A DNA stretch of 64,000 bases, from contig NC_085846.1 of the NCBI RefSeq assembly GCF_035594765.1, positions 32,971,190 through 33,035,189 on the forward strand. The letters are read 5' to 3'. This document shows, in pieces, positions 1 through 11,038 of this stretch. The translations under genes and the position numbers were made by a program. The notes under the pieces were generated by a model, which searched no databases, was not told the origin of the DNA, and saw only the letters and a list, made by a program, of their open reading frames with translations. Origin of the DNA: Anolis carolinensis. Lineage: Eukaryota. Positions within the stretch are counted from its first letter, which is position 1, and each line of letters starts with the position of its first letter.

Positions 1-171
1 TTGCAGAGTCATTCCTTGGGCAGATGGGGAGAGGGCGAAGAGAGAGCGAGAGAACCCTGAGCATCCGGGGAACTCCTCCTGTCCCCCTCCCTCTGCGCGC
101 GCCGCCCGCCCTGCCCGCGGAGAAGCCCGGTGCAATGTGCCGCCCGCTCGGCCCGCCCGCCGCAGCCCCAG

Positions 172-191
172 AAAAGTGTGTCACTGGGGCA
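172..191 (+). promoter_or_regulatory. RevDR2 autoregulatory element (Rev-erb/ROR site)
   Basis: AAAAGT-GTGTCA-CT-GGGGCA matches the RevDR2 known from the mammalian NR1D1 promoter. A non-canonical E-box CACATG follows at 211-216. Confidence 0.9.
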
Positions 192-564
192 CGAGGCTCT
201 CCCTGGGCGTCACATGGGGGAGGCTCCGGGGCCGCGTGCCGGGCTCTGCGCAGCCGCAGGGAAAGAGGGAGGGAGGGGGAGAGCGAGGGAGGCAGCCCGG
301 CAGAGGAGCATTCAGAGGCAGCAGCAACCGCCAGAGCAGCCAGAGCAGCATTGCTTGAGCTGTGCGTCGGAAGCACTTGCCTCGCTCTCTTGCCTCCCAA
401 GAGCATCTCCCAGTTGTGTCTCCCTGAGACAGCCTTGGCACCTTCCTTCCTTCGTGGTGGGAGTGCTTTGGGACAGCACTTGAGGGGAAAAGAACCAAAG
501 GGAAGAGGAGGAGAAGGGGGAGACCTTTGGCATCCCTTCCTTCCCTCCTTCCTCATCGCAAAGG

Positions 565-598
565 ATGGCCGCTTTGGACAGCAACAACAACGCGCCTG
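565..598 (+). CDS. NR1D1: NR1D1 coding exon 1
   Basis: ATG in good Kozak context (aggATGg), encodes MAALDSNNNAP-G (human MTTLDSNNNTG). GTGAGT donor at 599, phase 1. Confidence 0.93.
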
Positions 599-716
599 GT
601 GAGTCTCTCTTTCTTCTTTATGCCTGGTCCCCAAGACCTGCATTGATCCTCTTGGGGGGTGCATCTATGGAATCAATGCAGCAAGGTCTTGAGATCCCAT
701 AGCATTGAGAGATGCC

Positions 717-750
<34 letters not shown>

Positions 751-760
751 GTTGTTATTA

Positions 761-1262
761 TTGGGTTGCTGTCAGTTTTGCCATATTACAGAAGCATTCT
801 CTCCTGACGTTTCTCCCACATCTATGACAGGCATCTTCAGAGATTGTGAGGTCTGTTGGAAAACTATGCAAGTGGGGTTTATATATCTCTGGAAGGTCCA
901 AGGTGGGGGAAAGAACCCTTTGTCTGTTTGAGGCAAGTGTGAATGGTGCAATTGGCCACTTTGATTAGCATTGAAAAGCCTTGCAGCTTCGAGGCTTGCC
1001 TGATTCCCTCCTTTGTTGGGAGATGTTTGCTGGCCCTTATTGTTTCATGTCTGGAATTTCCCTGTTTTCAGAGTGTTGTTCTTTAAATCTCTTTAGAGAT
1101 TTTTAAATACTGGTAGCCAGATTTTGCTCTTTTTCATGGTTTCCTCCATTCTCTTGAAATTGTGGAGTTCAGTGTCTTCTCTGTGTAGTCTGTGTGGTGG
1201 TTTTTAAGAGTGGTCCAGCATTTCTGTGTTCTCAAATAATATGCTGTGTCCAGGTTGGTTAA
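761..1262 (-). mobile_element. Penelope-like (Poseidon-type) retroelement 3' fragment with pLTR
   Basis: Reverse-complement match to the GIY-YIG C-terminal region at 54960-55230, plus the pLTR sequence shared with other copies. Confidence 0.8.
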
Positions 1263-1876
1263 TGATGATGATGATGATGATATTATTATTATTCCAATGT
1301 AGCATGATGCACCCCAAATCCTCCTCTTGCATGCATACCTCCTGCCCCATCCCATCTCCCTCTCTTCCTCCCTTTGTGTTTGCATTTGGATCTTGCAGGG
1401 TGAGGGGTCCTTTTTAAGAAAGGATCTCATTTTCAATTCTTCCTTTCCAAAAGGGGCATTGGGGTTGGGAAGGGGGCAAAAGCCACCTCTCAGGCCACCC
1501 CCTTATTGCCCTGCCTTATTTATTCCTCCCTGCTTGGCTTCTCTTGCCAGCCTATGGATCTCAGGCGTCTGATACATGTCTCTCCTTTAGGGATCGGGTG
1601 AAATGGAAGTGTCGGTTTCAAAGAAAGAGGTCAGTTTTCAATCTGGGCTACTAATAGCCGCAAGTGACTCCTTAATTTTTTCCTAGGAGAAGCAAAACAT
1701 TGTGATCTGAGGGGAAAAGCCCTTGGCATTGCTTTCCTTATGATCTGGGGGCACCTCGAGATCGAATCCGGATCATATCTCCCTCTGATCCTTTTCTAGG
1801 ATTCCCTTCCTCCCCGTCCCCTCCGGAATCCCACTTTCCCGGGGTTCCCCCACTCTGCTTTCCCCAGTCAACCCCT

Positions 1877-2257
1877 CACGTGTCCCCCTAGCCGGCTCAG
1901 CCACGTGCAAAGTTTGTTTTCCCTGTTAGCCCCGCCCCTCTCCACTCATTGGTCGGCTCCACTATCATTAGCCTATCAGGCACGCCCCTCAGAGGGTGGC
2001 GTCACCATCCCGGAAAAGCGAGAGGGTTTGATGCTTCCCACCAGGAGGGCGGAGCTTCCTTCACACGGAGGGGAGGGATTGGGACCAATAGGGAGGCGAA
2101 GGGGCGGGGTAAAGCGTGATGGGCGGGGCTTGGGGGAAGCAAGGCACCACGTGCGAGGGAAACACGTGAAGCCAGAGCGCTGACCTGCCAACCTTACAAC
2201 CTCGAGATCTTTTGGAAGAAATATTCAAAACCTGCATCCACAGCCTCTGAGCACGTG
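1877..2257. promoter_or_regulatory. NR1D1 intron-1 E-box/GC-box/CCAAT cluster (CLOCK:BMAL1 enhancer or internal promoter)
   Basis: CACGTG at 1877, 1902, 2148, 2163 and 2252. GC boxes near 1930, 2101 and 2121. CCAAT/ATTGG near 1948, 2078 and 2085. CpG-rich. Confidence 0.8.
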
Positions 2258-2429
2258 TAGAGGGCTTATCAGTCAAAGCAAAACAGGAGCATTTGGATTT
2301 TTTAAGACCCACTTAAGGCTACTGTTGTTTACATATGTACAGAATGGGCTTTATTTATGCCCAGAATGATTTTTTCCCTAAAATATAGTTAAGTGCCTCT
2401 GATCATGTGCAGAGAGCCTCCCTTTTCAT

Positions 2430-2920
2430 TGTGTATTTTCTGCATGGCCATGTTCCAGATTCTCTCCTGACGTTTCGCCCACATCTATGGCAGGCATCCT
2501 CAGAGGTGTAAGGTCTGTTGAAAACTATGAAAGTCAGGTTTATATATCTGTGGAATGTCCAGGGTGGGAGAAAGAACTCTTGTCTGTTTGAGGCAAGTGT
2601 GAATGTTGCAATTAATCACCTTGATTAGCATTTGATGGCCTTTCAGATTCAAAACCTGGCTGCTTTCTGCCTGAGGGAGGTAGGAAACTGCTAGGTTTTG
2701 AATGTGCAAGGCCATTAAATGTGAATCGTGATCAATTGCAACATTCACACTTGAGTGTTTTTTCTCCCAATCTGGACTTTTCACAGATATATAAACCCCA
2801 CCTTTCTAGTTTCCAACAAACCTCACACCTCTGAGGTTGCCTGCCATAGATGTGGGCGAAACGTCAGGAGAGAATGCTTCTGGAACATAGCTATACAGCC
2901 TGGATAACTCACAGTAACCC
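2430..2920. mobile_element. Penelope-like inverted pLTR pair
   Basis: About 2430-2660 and 2680-2920 are reverse complements. Same family as 761-1262. Confidence 0.8.
2466..2506 (-). ncRNA. Minimal type-I hammerhead ribozyme motif (Penelope pLTR)
   Basis: Minus strand: CCT-CTGAGGA-T-GCCTGC(catagat)GTGGGC-GAAA-CG-TC-AGG. This gives stem I, CUGANGA, stem II, GAAA, a loopless palindromic stem III and a GUC cleavage triplet. Confidence 0.75.
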
Positions 2921-3579
2921 TGAGAGAGATGTAGTTTGTATTTGCTTTGCAATGATCTTGTGTAGGGAATTTCTGCAAGTGGAATAGAATGTTATACATT
3001 TCCTCTCATGAGTATAGGAAAGTCGCCTATAGTCATGTCATGTGAACTTTGGTACAGCCCAATTGTTGATATATTTATTTTGGTATAAGTCCCAATGAGG
3101 TCAGTGTGACATAGTCTCCAATTGTGACTAGTATTGTACTATTTATTTATGTATGTGAGGCCTCTCTGTCTCTGAATTTGAATGTCCTTGGCCTGATTCC
3201 TGCTGGGTGGAATTTTTTACGTATGTGTTGAATCACTAATCAACCATTGATTGATCTATTCTTGTTGGGCTCACTAAAGGGAGACCAGTCCTTGTCTGTG
3301 TGGTTTCTGACTTTTTAGTTTTGAATATGTGACTTGATGTTAAATATTACCCAATGGAGGTGCAGCAGTTTGTAATCATGGGAGTCTTAGTTTGGTGAGG
3401 CACCAGCATTCTTTGATAGAGAAGGATAAAGACCTTGTGATACTACAACTCCCATAATTCCATAGCATTGAGCCATAGGTGTTAAAGTCGTATCAAACTG
3501 CATTAAATATACAGTGTAGGTGCACCCACAGTCGCTGGGGTCCACTCAGCCAGAGAGCGAAAAAAAGAGGGAGGTCTTA

Positions 3580-3784
3580 CGCTGCTGTTTTTTATATTCT
3601 GATGTTTGACTTAATTGTGTGTTTATCTGGATTGTTATATTTTATGTTCTTATTTCAATTCTGTTTTTGCTTTGATTGATTGTTGTGTTTGTATTAATGT
3701 TTTGTGGGCATCTGTCCTATATGTAAGCCGCCCTGAGTCCCTTTGGGGAGATGGTGACGGGGTATAAGAATAAAGTTGTTGTTG

Positions 3785-3846
<62 letters not shown>
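3580..3846 (+). mobile_element. L2 3'UTR tail with (TTG)n(TTA)n microsatellite
   Basis: GTAAGCCGCCCTGAGTCCC..GGGGAGATGGTGACGGGGTATAAGAATAAAG, same tail as the 55787-55850 copy. Confidence 0.75.
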
Positions 3847-3952
3847 GGATGAGGAAAATTGACCTGCAGCATCCAGGGACTACCTTCACTGGAGATCCAC
3901 TATGGTAGGATCAGCCACCTCTTTCAGGGTCAAGCAGCCTTGTGTCAAAGGC

Positions 3953-4442
3953 CACGTGTATGTGGCTAAAGACCCCACACGTGTCTCCAGTCATTCTTGA
4001 GCTGCCCTCTTTCCAAGGGACCGAGGACAGGCGACACCCAGCGTAGTCCATCATGACAGCGCCTTTGCATCTCCCCACCCATTTGGAAGGCATCCAACTG
4101 GGTCCTCGCATCACCCTCTCCCTCGCAAGGTTTATTTATTCTCCCTGACCCACTTGGGACAAAGCATCTTATGCAAACTATATATTAAATTAAGCATGCA
4201 AACTCAGAGGCTCCTGACTGGGAAGGCAGACTGCAGAATAGGGAGGCTTGTCCCGCCGGAGGGCCCTGCCCTGCCACCATTTCATGCCCTGACCTGCCAG
4301 GAGTGCAAACTCTGCTTCCTGACTGTTGAAAGAAAGAGAGTCAATAGTAGGAGGGCCATGCGAGGTGGTTTTTCCGGAGAGGCCGTGAGCAAAGCAAACA
4401 CAAGGCCGTTGGTGCCAGCGGGATTGCTAGCGAGGTCACGTG
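3953..4442. promoter_or_regulatory. Second intron-1 E-box cluster
   Basis: CACGTG at 3953, 3978 and 4437. The last overlaps AGGTCA (AGGTCACGTG, 4433-4442). Confidence 0.55.
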
Positions 4443-4790
4443 CCAGGGCCACACTCACAACCCAGACAGCGTGATCATGCCTGCCTTGACACGCCAGACA
4501 CCTGGCTGGCTCCCAGACTTCCGCAGACCTAGAGGCTCTTCATTGAGATCAAGGGCCCCAGCCTGAATAATCAGCGCCTTCCTTCGCCCTTGGGATCTTG
4601 CCTGGCCTCAGCAGGCGTCCCTACCTCCCTGGAATAAAGTTCTACGTTATAAACACTGTATGGCATTGGAAGTGTATTATTCTACCCTGGAATGAATGAC
4701 TTCCAGACGAAGCATATCATAAAATTGCTTTGGAGGACCTACAAATGTTTAGAGAAGCATTATCTGTAGGCCTCCAATGTGGATCTATGG

Positions 4791-4908
4791 CAAGCATGGG
4801 CAAACTTCGGTCCTCCGGGTGTTTTGGACTTCAACTTCCACAGTTCCTAACAGCCAGTTAGGAGTTGAAGTCCAAAACACCCAGAGGGCCGACATATGCC
4901 CATGCCTG
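4791..4908. mobile_element. Short palindromic MITE (related copies near 8170-8298, 13467-13600, 27955-28065, 42330-42430, 43910-44030)
   Basis: Hairpin with arms GTGTTTTGGACTTCAAC / GTTGAAGTCCAAAACAC. Confidence 0.7.
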
Positions 4909-5140
4909 ATCTATGGTCAACTTTCAGAGGAACTCTGGAAGAATTGACCCATAAAATTGTACTGGCGACCCATGCTGGATCTACACTGCAGTTCTGAACT
5001 GCACTGAAATTAATTATATAGGTCAAACTGCATTATTTGACAGTGTAGATGCAGCCTAAGTGAAAACACTTCATCTAGGCATCACTAGGTCCTCCAGAGC
5101 ATCTCGAAAGTCTTATTTTTCTTAGTAGGATTGTTTAGGT

Positions 5141-5507
5141 CAGTGGTTCCCAACCTTTTTTTTTTTTTTTTACCAGGGACCATTCTGACCAGGGACCACT
5201 TGACTGGGGACCACTTTGGCCAGGTTCCACTCTCCAACATTAGTACCAAAAGGGTTATAAATCAGTTTTTGGTCAACTTTAGATTCAGTTTGGTTCTCTG
5301 GGGTGCTGATTCGGAAAATTGCATTAGATAGACCTCATCAGCTCTATTTTCTAATACATAACCTATGCCATTCAGTAGTTGCCATCAGTTTGCCCACAGA
5401 AAACCGTATTTAATAATCTAGAGCTGATATGGTCTATCCAATGCAATTTTCTGAATCAGTACCCCTGGCACCAATTTTTCCCATGGCCCACAGGTTGGGA
5501 TCCATTG
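5141..5507 (+). mobile_element. Non-autonomous hAT element
   Basis: TIR CAGTGGTTCCCAACCT, 8-bp TSD gtttaggt/atttaggt. Confidence 0.8.
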
Positions 5508-7320
5508 ATTTAGGTGAAAATATGTGGGTACTTTTAGTCTTATCCTTTTGTATAGTGCTGGAATGAGGCTCCTAGTGATGTCTTTGGCCCTTCTGTTTGG
5601 CCTTTTGGTGACAAGACATTTTCCTGAACTTGCCTTATGGTCTTTAAGTGATGAAATGAGGCTAGGAGTGCAAGCCATGGGTGCATGTTACCTCCACCAT
5701 GTCTGTTTGTGCAAAAATGCAAAGAGAGCCTCCTGTGAGCATAAGTCTCCAGGAGAGAGTAAGATGGTCATTTGGTGAATAGAGATGAATGAGCCCCAGA
5801 AGTGTGTGATCTGGATGTTTTATTGAATAATGATCATGTCCTCTTGTGCCACTTATTTTCTACAGCCATATAGGAGCAAGCATGCTGCTTGCTCGTGTTT
5901 CATGCAATATGCAGCACACTGAGCTTGTTATGTGATTTGCCCCACAGTAGTAGGGGCTGAGACACTTTACACTTCAAAGCCAGATAAGAGTCATGGCTGG
6001 GAAGAGAGCCACAGGGGTCTTCTAGTCTGACCTCCTGTAGAAATCCACAACTAGCGCATCCCTGCTAGGCGTGCAGAGAGGAATTATATAGGCTATACAA
6101 GCAATTAACATTTTTTCCTGCAGTGTTCTAAATGCAACAAAGCATAAAGAGTACCTTTCCTTACCTTATGGTGAATGCTTCTTCACTGGGCCTGCTGATA
6201 GGGAAGGAGAGGAAAAAATATCCAGATTTCATTCCAGAAGTAGAGTAATGCAAGGGGTCAATGCTTCAGCTATGAGTGCTTGTCCTGCTTAAGGCAGATG
6301 ATAAATTGAATTGCCCATTTGTGAAATCATGATGAAATAGCCACCTTGGACAAGATTAATTTAATTACGTATCATTTTATTATTACAATTTTATTGCCAG
6401 GTGGAGAAGAGTATGGATTGTCTGCCTTGGGTGTCAAAGGGAGTGGGAACAGCCTAGTATTGAGCCTAGTCCCTTCTGTTCCTATAAGGTTGAGTTCTCT
6501 ACATCAGATAGTTTTAAGAAACATAATGCTAGAAGACAAGGTTGGTAACATACTCCTGGTGAGCATTTAATAAAACAGCACATACATCTGAAATCCTGGT
6601 GCATTTTGGGACCATAACACCCAGAATCCCCTAGACAATATAACCCTTCAGCTATTTCTGTAACATAAAAGCGGAGGCGATGTTGGCAGGTTGAGAAAAG
6701 CAGTGCTTGCCATACTAGCAGGGATTGTATTGTAGTGCGATCTTGGAGAAGTTTTTTTTCCTGGACTGTAACTCCCCAAATCCATTATTTCTTGTTCTAG
6801 TCCAGAAAGAGAACTTTTCCAATTTCTGTTTTTAACAATTGCCAAACAAGCAGTCCTCTCTCTTTTCCCCGGCTCCTCAAAATATTTGTGTCCCACACAA
6901 GGAAGGTCATGAGCCAGTAGGAACCAGCCAGTGGCTATAAAAGCCTCCCAGGCGAGAGCTGGTCAAGGGCTCCTCTGGCTTGTTGTTGCAACGGCCTGCC
7001 TGGCCCTTGAACGTGGCTCTCACATGTGACCTTGTTTATAATCCTGTTGGCTCTGATTGCTTTGTTTTTCCTTTGCTTGAGGCCTCTCCTGCCGCGCTTG
7101 CCCTTTGGCAAGTGGCCCGGCTCAAAAAGCGGTGTGTGTTTTCCTCTCATCTCCAGGTTCCCAGGTTAGCCACCCTCTTCAACTCCTAGGGCGTGATAGT
7201 CGGCTGTTGTTTTTTTCCTTCCCCCTTTTTTGGCTTCCTCCCATGTCTTCAACAATCACTTGGCCACCTGCCCTGTTTTTCCTCTCTGCTCTTGTGTGTG
7301 TTTTCCCTTTTACAGCATTG

Positions 7321-7332
7321 AAATGTAGGTCA
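7321..7332 (+). promoter_or_regulatory. RORE/RevRE in NR1D1 intron 1
   Basis: AAATGTAGGTCA is a full match to WAWNTRGGTCA, in non-repetitive sequence. E-box at 7556-7561 nearby. Confidence 0.7.
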
Positions 7333-9285
7333 GCAACAGAGAACAGAGAGGGAGTTTGATTTGCCAGAGAAGCATTTTGGCGGGATGTGCCTCTGAGCTT
7401 CCCACCACGGCTCATAAAACAGGATTGGTGTTTGCTTCGGTGCCTGCTGACCACAAAGTTCCCACGCACTTGGCGGCTTTGTTTTAATTACCTCATCAGT
7501 AGTTTTTGCTCAGAAGTAGGTTTATCTCCCCCTCTCCAAATCATTCCATTTCATGCACGTGGCCTCAGAGACAGCTCCCATGTGCTCAGCGCCGTATCCC
7601 AGTTGCTCACATGTATCGCTGAAAATTCACATGTTCCCAGGGAGAACCAAACTATTAATTGCTACCTTTTTTAGGTGCTTGTCTCCCCCCTTCTTTTTTC
7701 CTTTAGATGTGTATATGATAATCCTGTTGTTTACAGCAGTGGCTGCCTCTGGAATGGAGTGAGAAAGATAGGAAAGAAATACACATAGCAGCTGGCAAAA
7801 GTGGTAGGGAGAAATCCCTTCTTCAGAGACAGAAAACAGTTTAGTATGTGTCAAACCTGGGAACTATGCTTTTCCCCCAATGACAACTTACATTTGCCTT
7901 ATTGGCTGGAGGACACTGGAGTTGCACCATCTTTGTTGTAGTAGTCCAAAAACTAGATTTGCCAAGCGCCAAGTATGTAGCCCATGTTCAAAGATAGGGT
8001 AGGCATAAGCTTAAATCCAGTTATGAGTCCTAATTGGATTGGACCCATTGAAATAATAGGACATGTTGAGTTATCAGATTCTATGGGTTCAAGGAGTTTA
8101 ATTCCATGAATTCAAGGGAATAGGAATTAAAATAGAATTTTAGAGCTAGCAGGATCTTCGAGATCCTCTCAGTGTTTCCCAAACTTCGGTATCCAGCTGT
8201 TTTGGATTTCAGCTTCCAGAATTCCTTACCATTGGCCAAACTGGCTAGGACTAATGGGAAATGAAGTCTAAAATAGCTGGATGGCCAAATTTTGAGAATA
8301 ATTTATGTAGTCCAACCCTTTGTTAAATGCTGAACTCTAATCCACAGCATCCAGAGTGTTGTCTGCATAGGAGCTCTTCTTCAGCCAAAGCTGGGAGCAG
8401 AATATAACACTCTTGTTTTGATTCAGCAAAGCAATCCAGATGTTCTCATAGAAGCTTACCTAATATGGCTTGATATACCTAGGGCTTGGTATGTGTGCTT
8501 CTCTGCCTGCTCAGCGATTCCTGTATTTAGATTTAGGATGACATTTTATTCAGGCCAGTTGTCTAGTGAGTACGCATGCACGTGTGCATGTTTTGCTGTT
8601 CTCAGCGTTATGGAGCTTGGCTCACTTGCCTGAGTCAGCGGCAAGTTATTTACCTTCCACTTAATTATAACCTTGCACTTATTGTCTACAAGCAATATCT
8701 GCAAGGCCATTTTGTCTCTCCACTGCATTTCTATTTATATGAACCTCTGTCCTCATGCCCCACTTTCAAGAGCCATTTTTATCTGTGAAGCTTTTTCTGC
8801 CTTAGGAAAGGTGCTTCCCTTCTCTGCATAATAACATCTTCAGGTTTGGATTGTGTTGGTTGGTATAGGTTACAGGGCCCATCCTTGCATCAAAGAACAG
8901 GGCTGTATGCTAACTTAGGGTGCTTCTTAGACATATATGGGATATATAGCTTTCCAACTGAAAAATGGCAAACCTACTTGCGGCACGAGGAAATTATAAG
9001 GGTCTTGTTCATGTATCTCTTTCCTCCCTAGAAATATTCTACTTCCCAACCACTAATAATTGTCAGTTTTTTTTGTGCTTGCATTGGAAAATATCACTTT
9101 CCAATGCAATTCTCTTATCAGGATAGTCTTTGCAACCGTGAAGGCCTCAAGCTTTAAATACTTTTGAGGTCCCAATATGAAGTTTCAGAAGAACACAGAA
9201 CTTTCAGCATTAACAAATCTATGCCTGGAAGAAAGATTCTCATGACTCTCTCTCTCTCTCTCCCTGTCCTTTGAATTTTCTACAG

Positions 9286-9660
9286 GTGGAGTGATCAGCT
9301 ACATTGGCTCCAATGGTTCTTCACCAAGTCGCACCAGTCCTGTCTCTCTCTGCGGCAGTGACAGTTCCAATGGCAGTTGCCAGCTTTCCTCGCAGTCTGC
9401 TTTTCCCAGCTACTTTCCACCATCGCCCACTGGGTCCCTAGGGCACGACTCTGGTCGCCCGTATGGAGGCAGTTCAGCTGGGCTACGTGACGACGCCTCT
9501 CCTTCCTCCTCCTCCTCCTCCTCCTCCTCCTCCTCCTCCTCCTCCTCCTCCTCCTCCTCCTCCTCCTATAGTTCTGGAAGCTCTCCAGGAGGTTTGCAGG
9601 TGGCTGTGGATGATGGAAGACGCATCTCACCAACCAAAAGCACCAGCAGCAACATTACAA
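9286..9660 (+). CDS. NR1D1: NR1D1 exon 2 (A/B domain)
   Basis: tacAG acceptor, GGVISYIGSNG...FPPSPTGSL (GSK3 motif)...poly-Ser...SNIT, GTAAGT donor. Confidence 0.96.
9504..9566 (+). repeat. (TCC)21 coding trinucleotide repeat (poly-Ser)
   Basis: 21 uninterrupted TCC codons in NR1D1 exon 2. Confidence 0.97.
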
Positions 9661-10157
9661 GTAAGTACAGGGACAGACATTACAGCTTGGCAATACTTGG
9701 AAAAGCTATTTTTTTAGGTTGCAAGTTCCAGGATCCCTGCTGGCTGCGGATTCTGGAAGTTGGAATCCAAAATGAGCAACTCATCCAAGTTCTGATGGCA
9801 CAGATTATGGATTCTGTGGTGGGCATTTCCACAGCAATTACAATTAAATCAACCCTTCTGCTAGATTATTCCAAGCCTGGGTCTTGGAATAAGGGGGTTT
9901 ATGGCTAAATCAATTCATCTGCCAGATTATTCCAAATGTGGGTCCAATCCTATCTTATCAGAACACCTTTCTGGCAGCCTTAATTCCTCCCAGCTTTATC
10001 AGAGGCAGTTTGGCTGCTTCTGGCCTTTTCAGACCAGTTTCATGGGCTGGGAGTAGGAGCAATCCTGGCAGTACAGAGTAAAAAAACAAAAACAAAACAG
10101 TTTTTTGGACACAAAGTCTAATTGCCTGCCTTTCTCTTTCCTTTCTTCTCCTCTCAG

Positions 10158-10246
10158 AACTCAACGGGATGGTCCTCTTGTGCAAAGTCTGTGGGGATGT
10201 TGCTTCTGGTTTCCATTATGGCGTCCATGCTTGTGAAGGCTGCAAG
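10158..10246 (+). CDS. NR1D1: NR1D1 exon 3 (first zinc finger)
   Basis: [34 protein letters not shown] boundaries, 89 nt. Confidence 0.98.
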
Positions 10247-10893
10247 GTGAGCATCTTTCTCTCTCTTTTTCTCCATGCATTGAAGAACGTGTGTGGGATT
10301 CAATATTAGGGTGGGATGCAGGGACTGAGGCCAGCCCAAGGTATTTTTCCATTTGAGGCACCAAGTTTCCAGTGGCACACTTTCTTTGAGTGAATGGACA
10401 TGGCATGCATCCCAGTGGAAGTGTTTGCCTCACAATCTGCGTGGGCATGAATAGAAGCTGCTGCACAATAGGAGACTAGGAAAGGGGTGGGCAACTTTGC
10501 TGGGCCCAGGGACCAATTTTTGTATGTGAGTTGACTGTTTTCTCCTGGTTCTGCATTTGCCTTTCATGGCACCTGCATGGCAGCTTGCATTCCTCATTCT
10601 TTCAAAAAAAAAGTTACCGTAGACATTGGTGCAAAGATCCTCAGAATATCCTAAAGCCTTTCTTAAATTTGTCACGCCTGTGTGGGGCAGTGATGCAGAA
10701 TATGGGTCTCTAGATTCCAAACTTCTGTGTACCATGTACCATATAAATCAGGAGACCTTGTTAGTTACTCTATAGCTCACAGTCTCAAGGAACTGGGTTA
10801 GAAAGCCTATTTAAGCTCTGAGGGTTTAAATTTAGAGATGAGATCGCTGCCTCACCTTACCTTGACGCTAATGCACTCTCCTCCCTGTTCCAG

Positions 10894-11038
10894 GGTTTTT
10901 TTCGGCGCAGCATTCAGCAAAACATCCAGTACAAAAAGTGCCTCAAGAATGAAACCTGCAACATTGTACGCATCAACCGGAACCGCTGCCAGCAGTGCCG
11001 TTTCAAGAAGTGCATGGGAGTTGGCATGTCCCGGGATG
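10894..11038 (+). CDS. NR1D1: NR1D1 exon 4 (second zinc finger)
   Basis: GFFRRSIQQNIQYKKCLKNETCNIVRINRNRCQQCRFKKCMGVGMSRD, AG/GT, 145 nt. Confidence 0.98.

Larger units (their letters stand above)
90..600 (+). promoter_or_regulatory. NR1D1: CpG/GC-rich NR1D1 proximal promoter and 5'UTR
   Basis: High GC and CpG density with CCGCCC boxes, directly upstream of the NR1D1 start codon at 565. TSS not determinable from sequence. Confidence 0.8.

Noticed and set aside
24-602. 192-aa ORF and other ORFs over the NR1D1 promoter
   Set aside because: GC-rich promoter/5'UTR is poor in stop codons. No recognisable domain, and the real start at 565 is in another frame.
4791-4908. Hairpin as a pre-miRNA
   Set aside because: Multi-copy palindromic MITE with no recognisable mature miRNA sequence.
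5015-5025. RORE-like TATATAGGTCA
   Set aside because: Lies inside a short palindromic repeat remnant (4975-5056), so likely incidental.
9295-9717. Poly-Arg and poly-Pro ORFs
   Set aside because: Alternative frames of the (TCC)21 repeat in NR1D1 exon 2.
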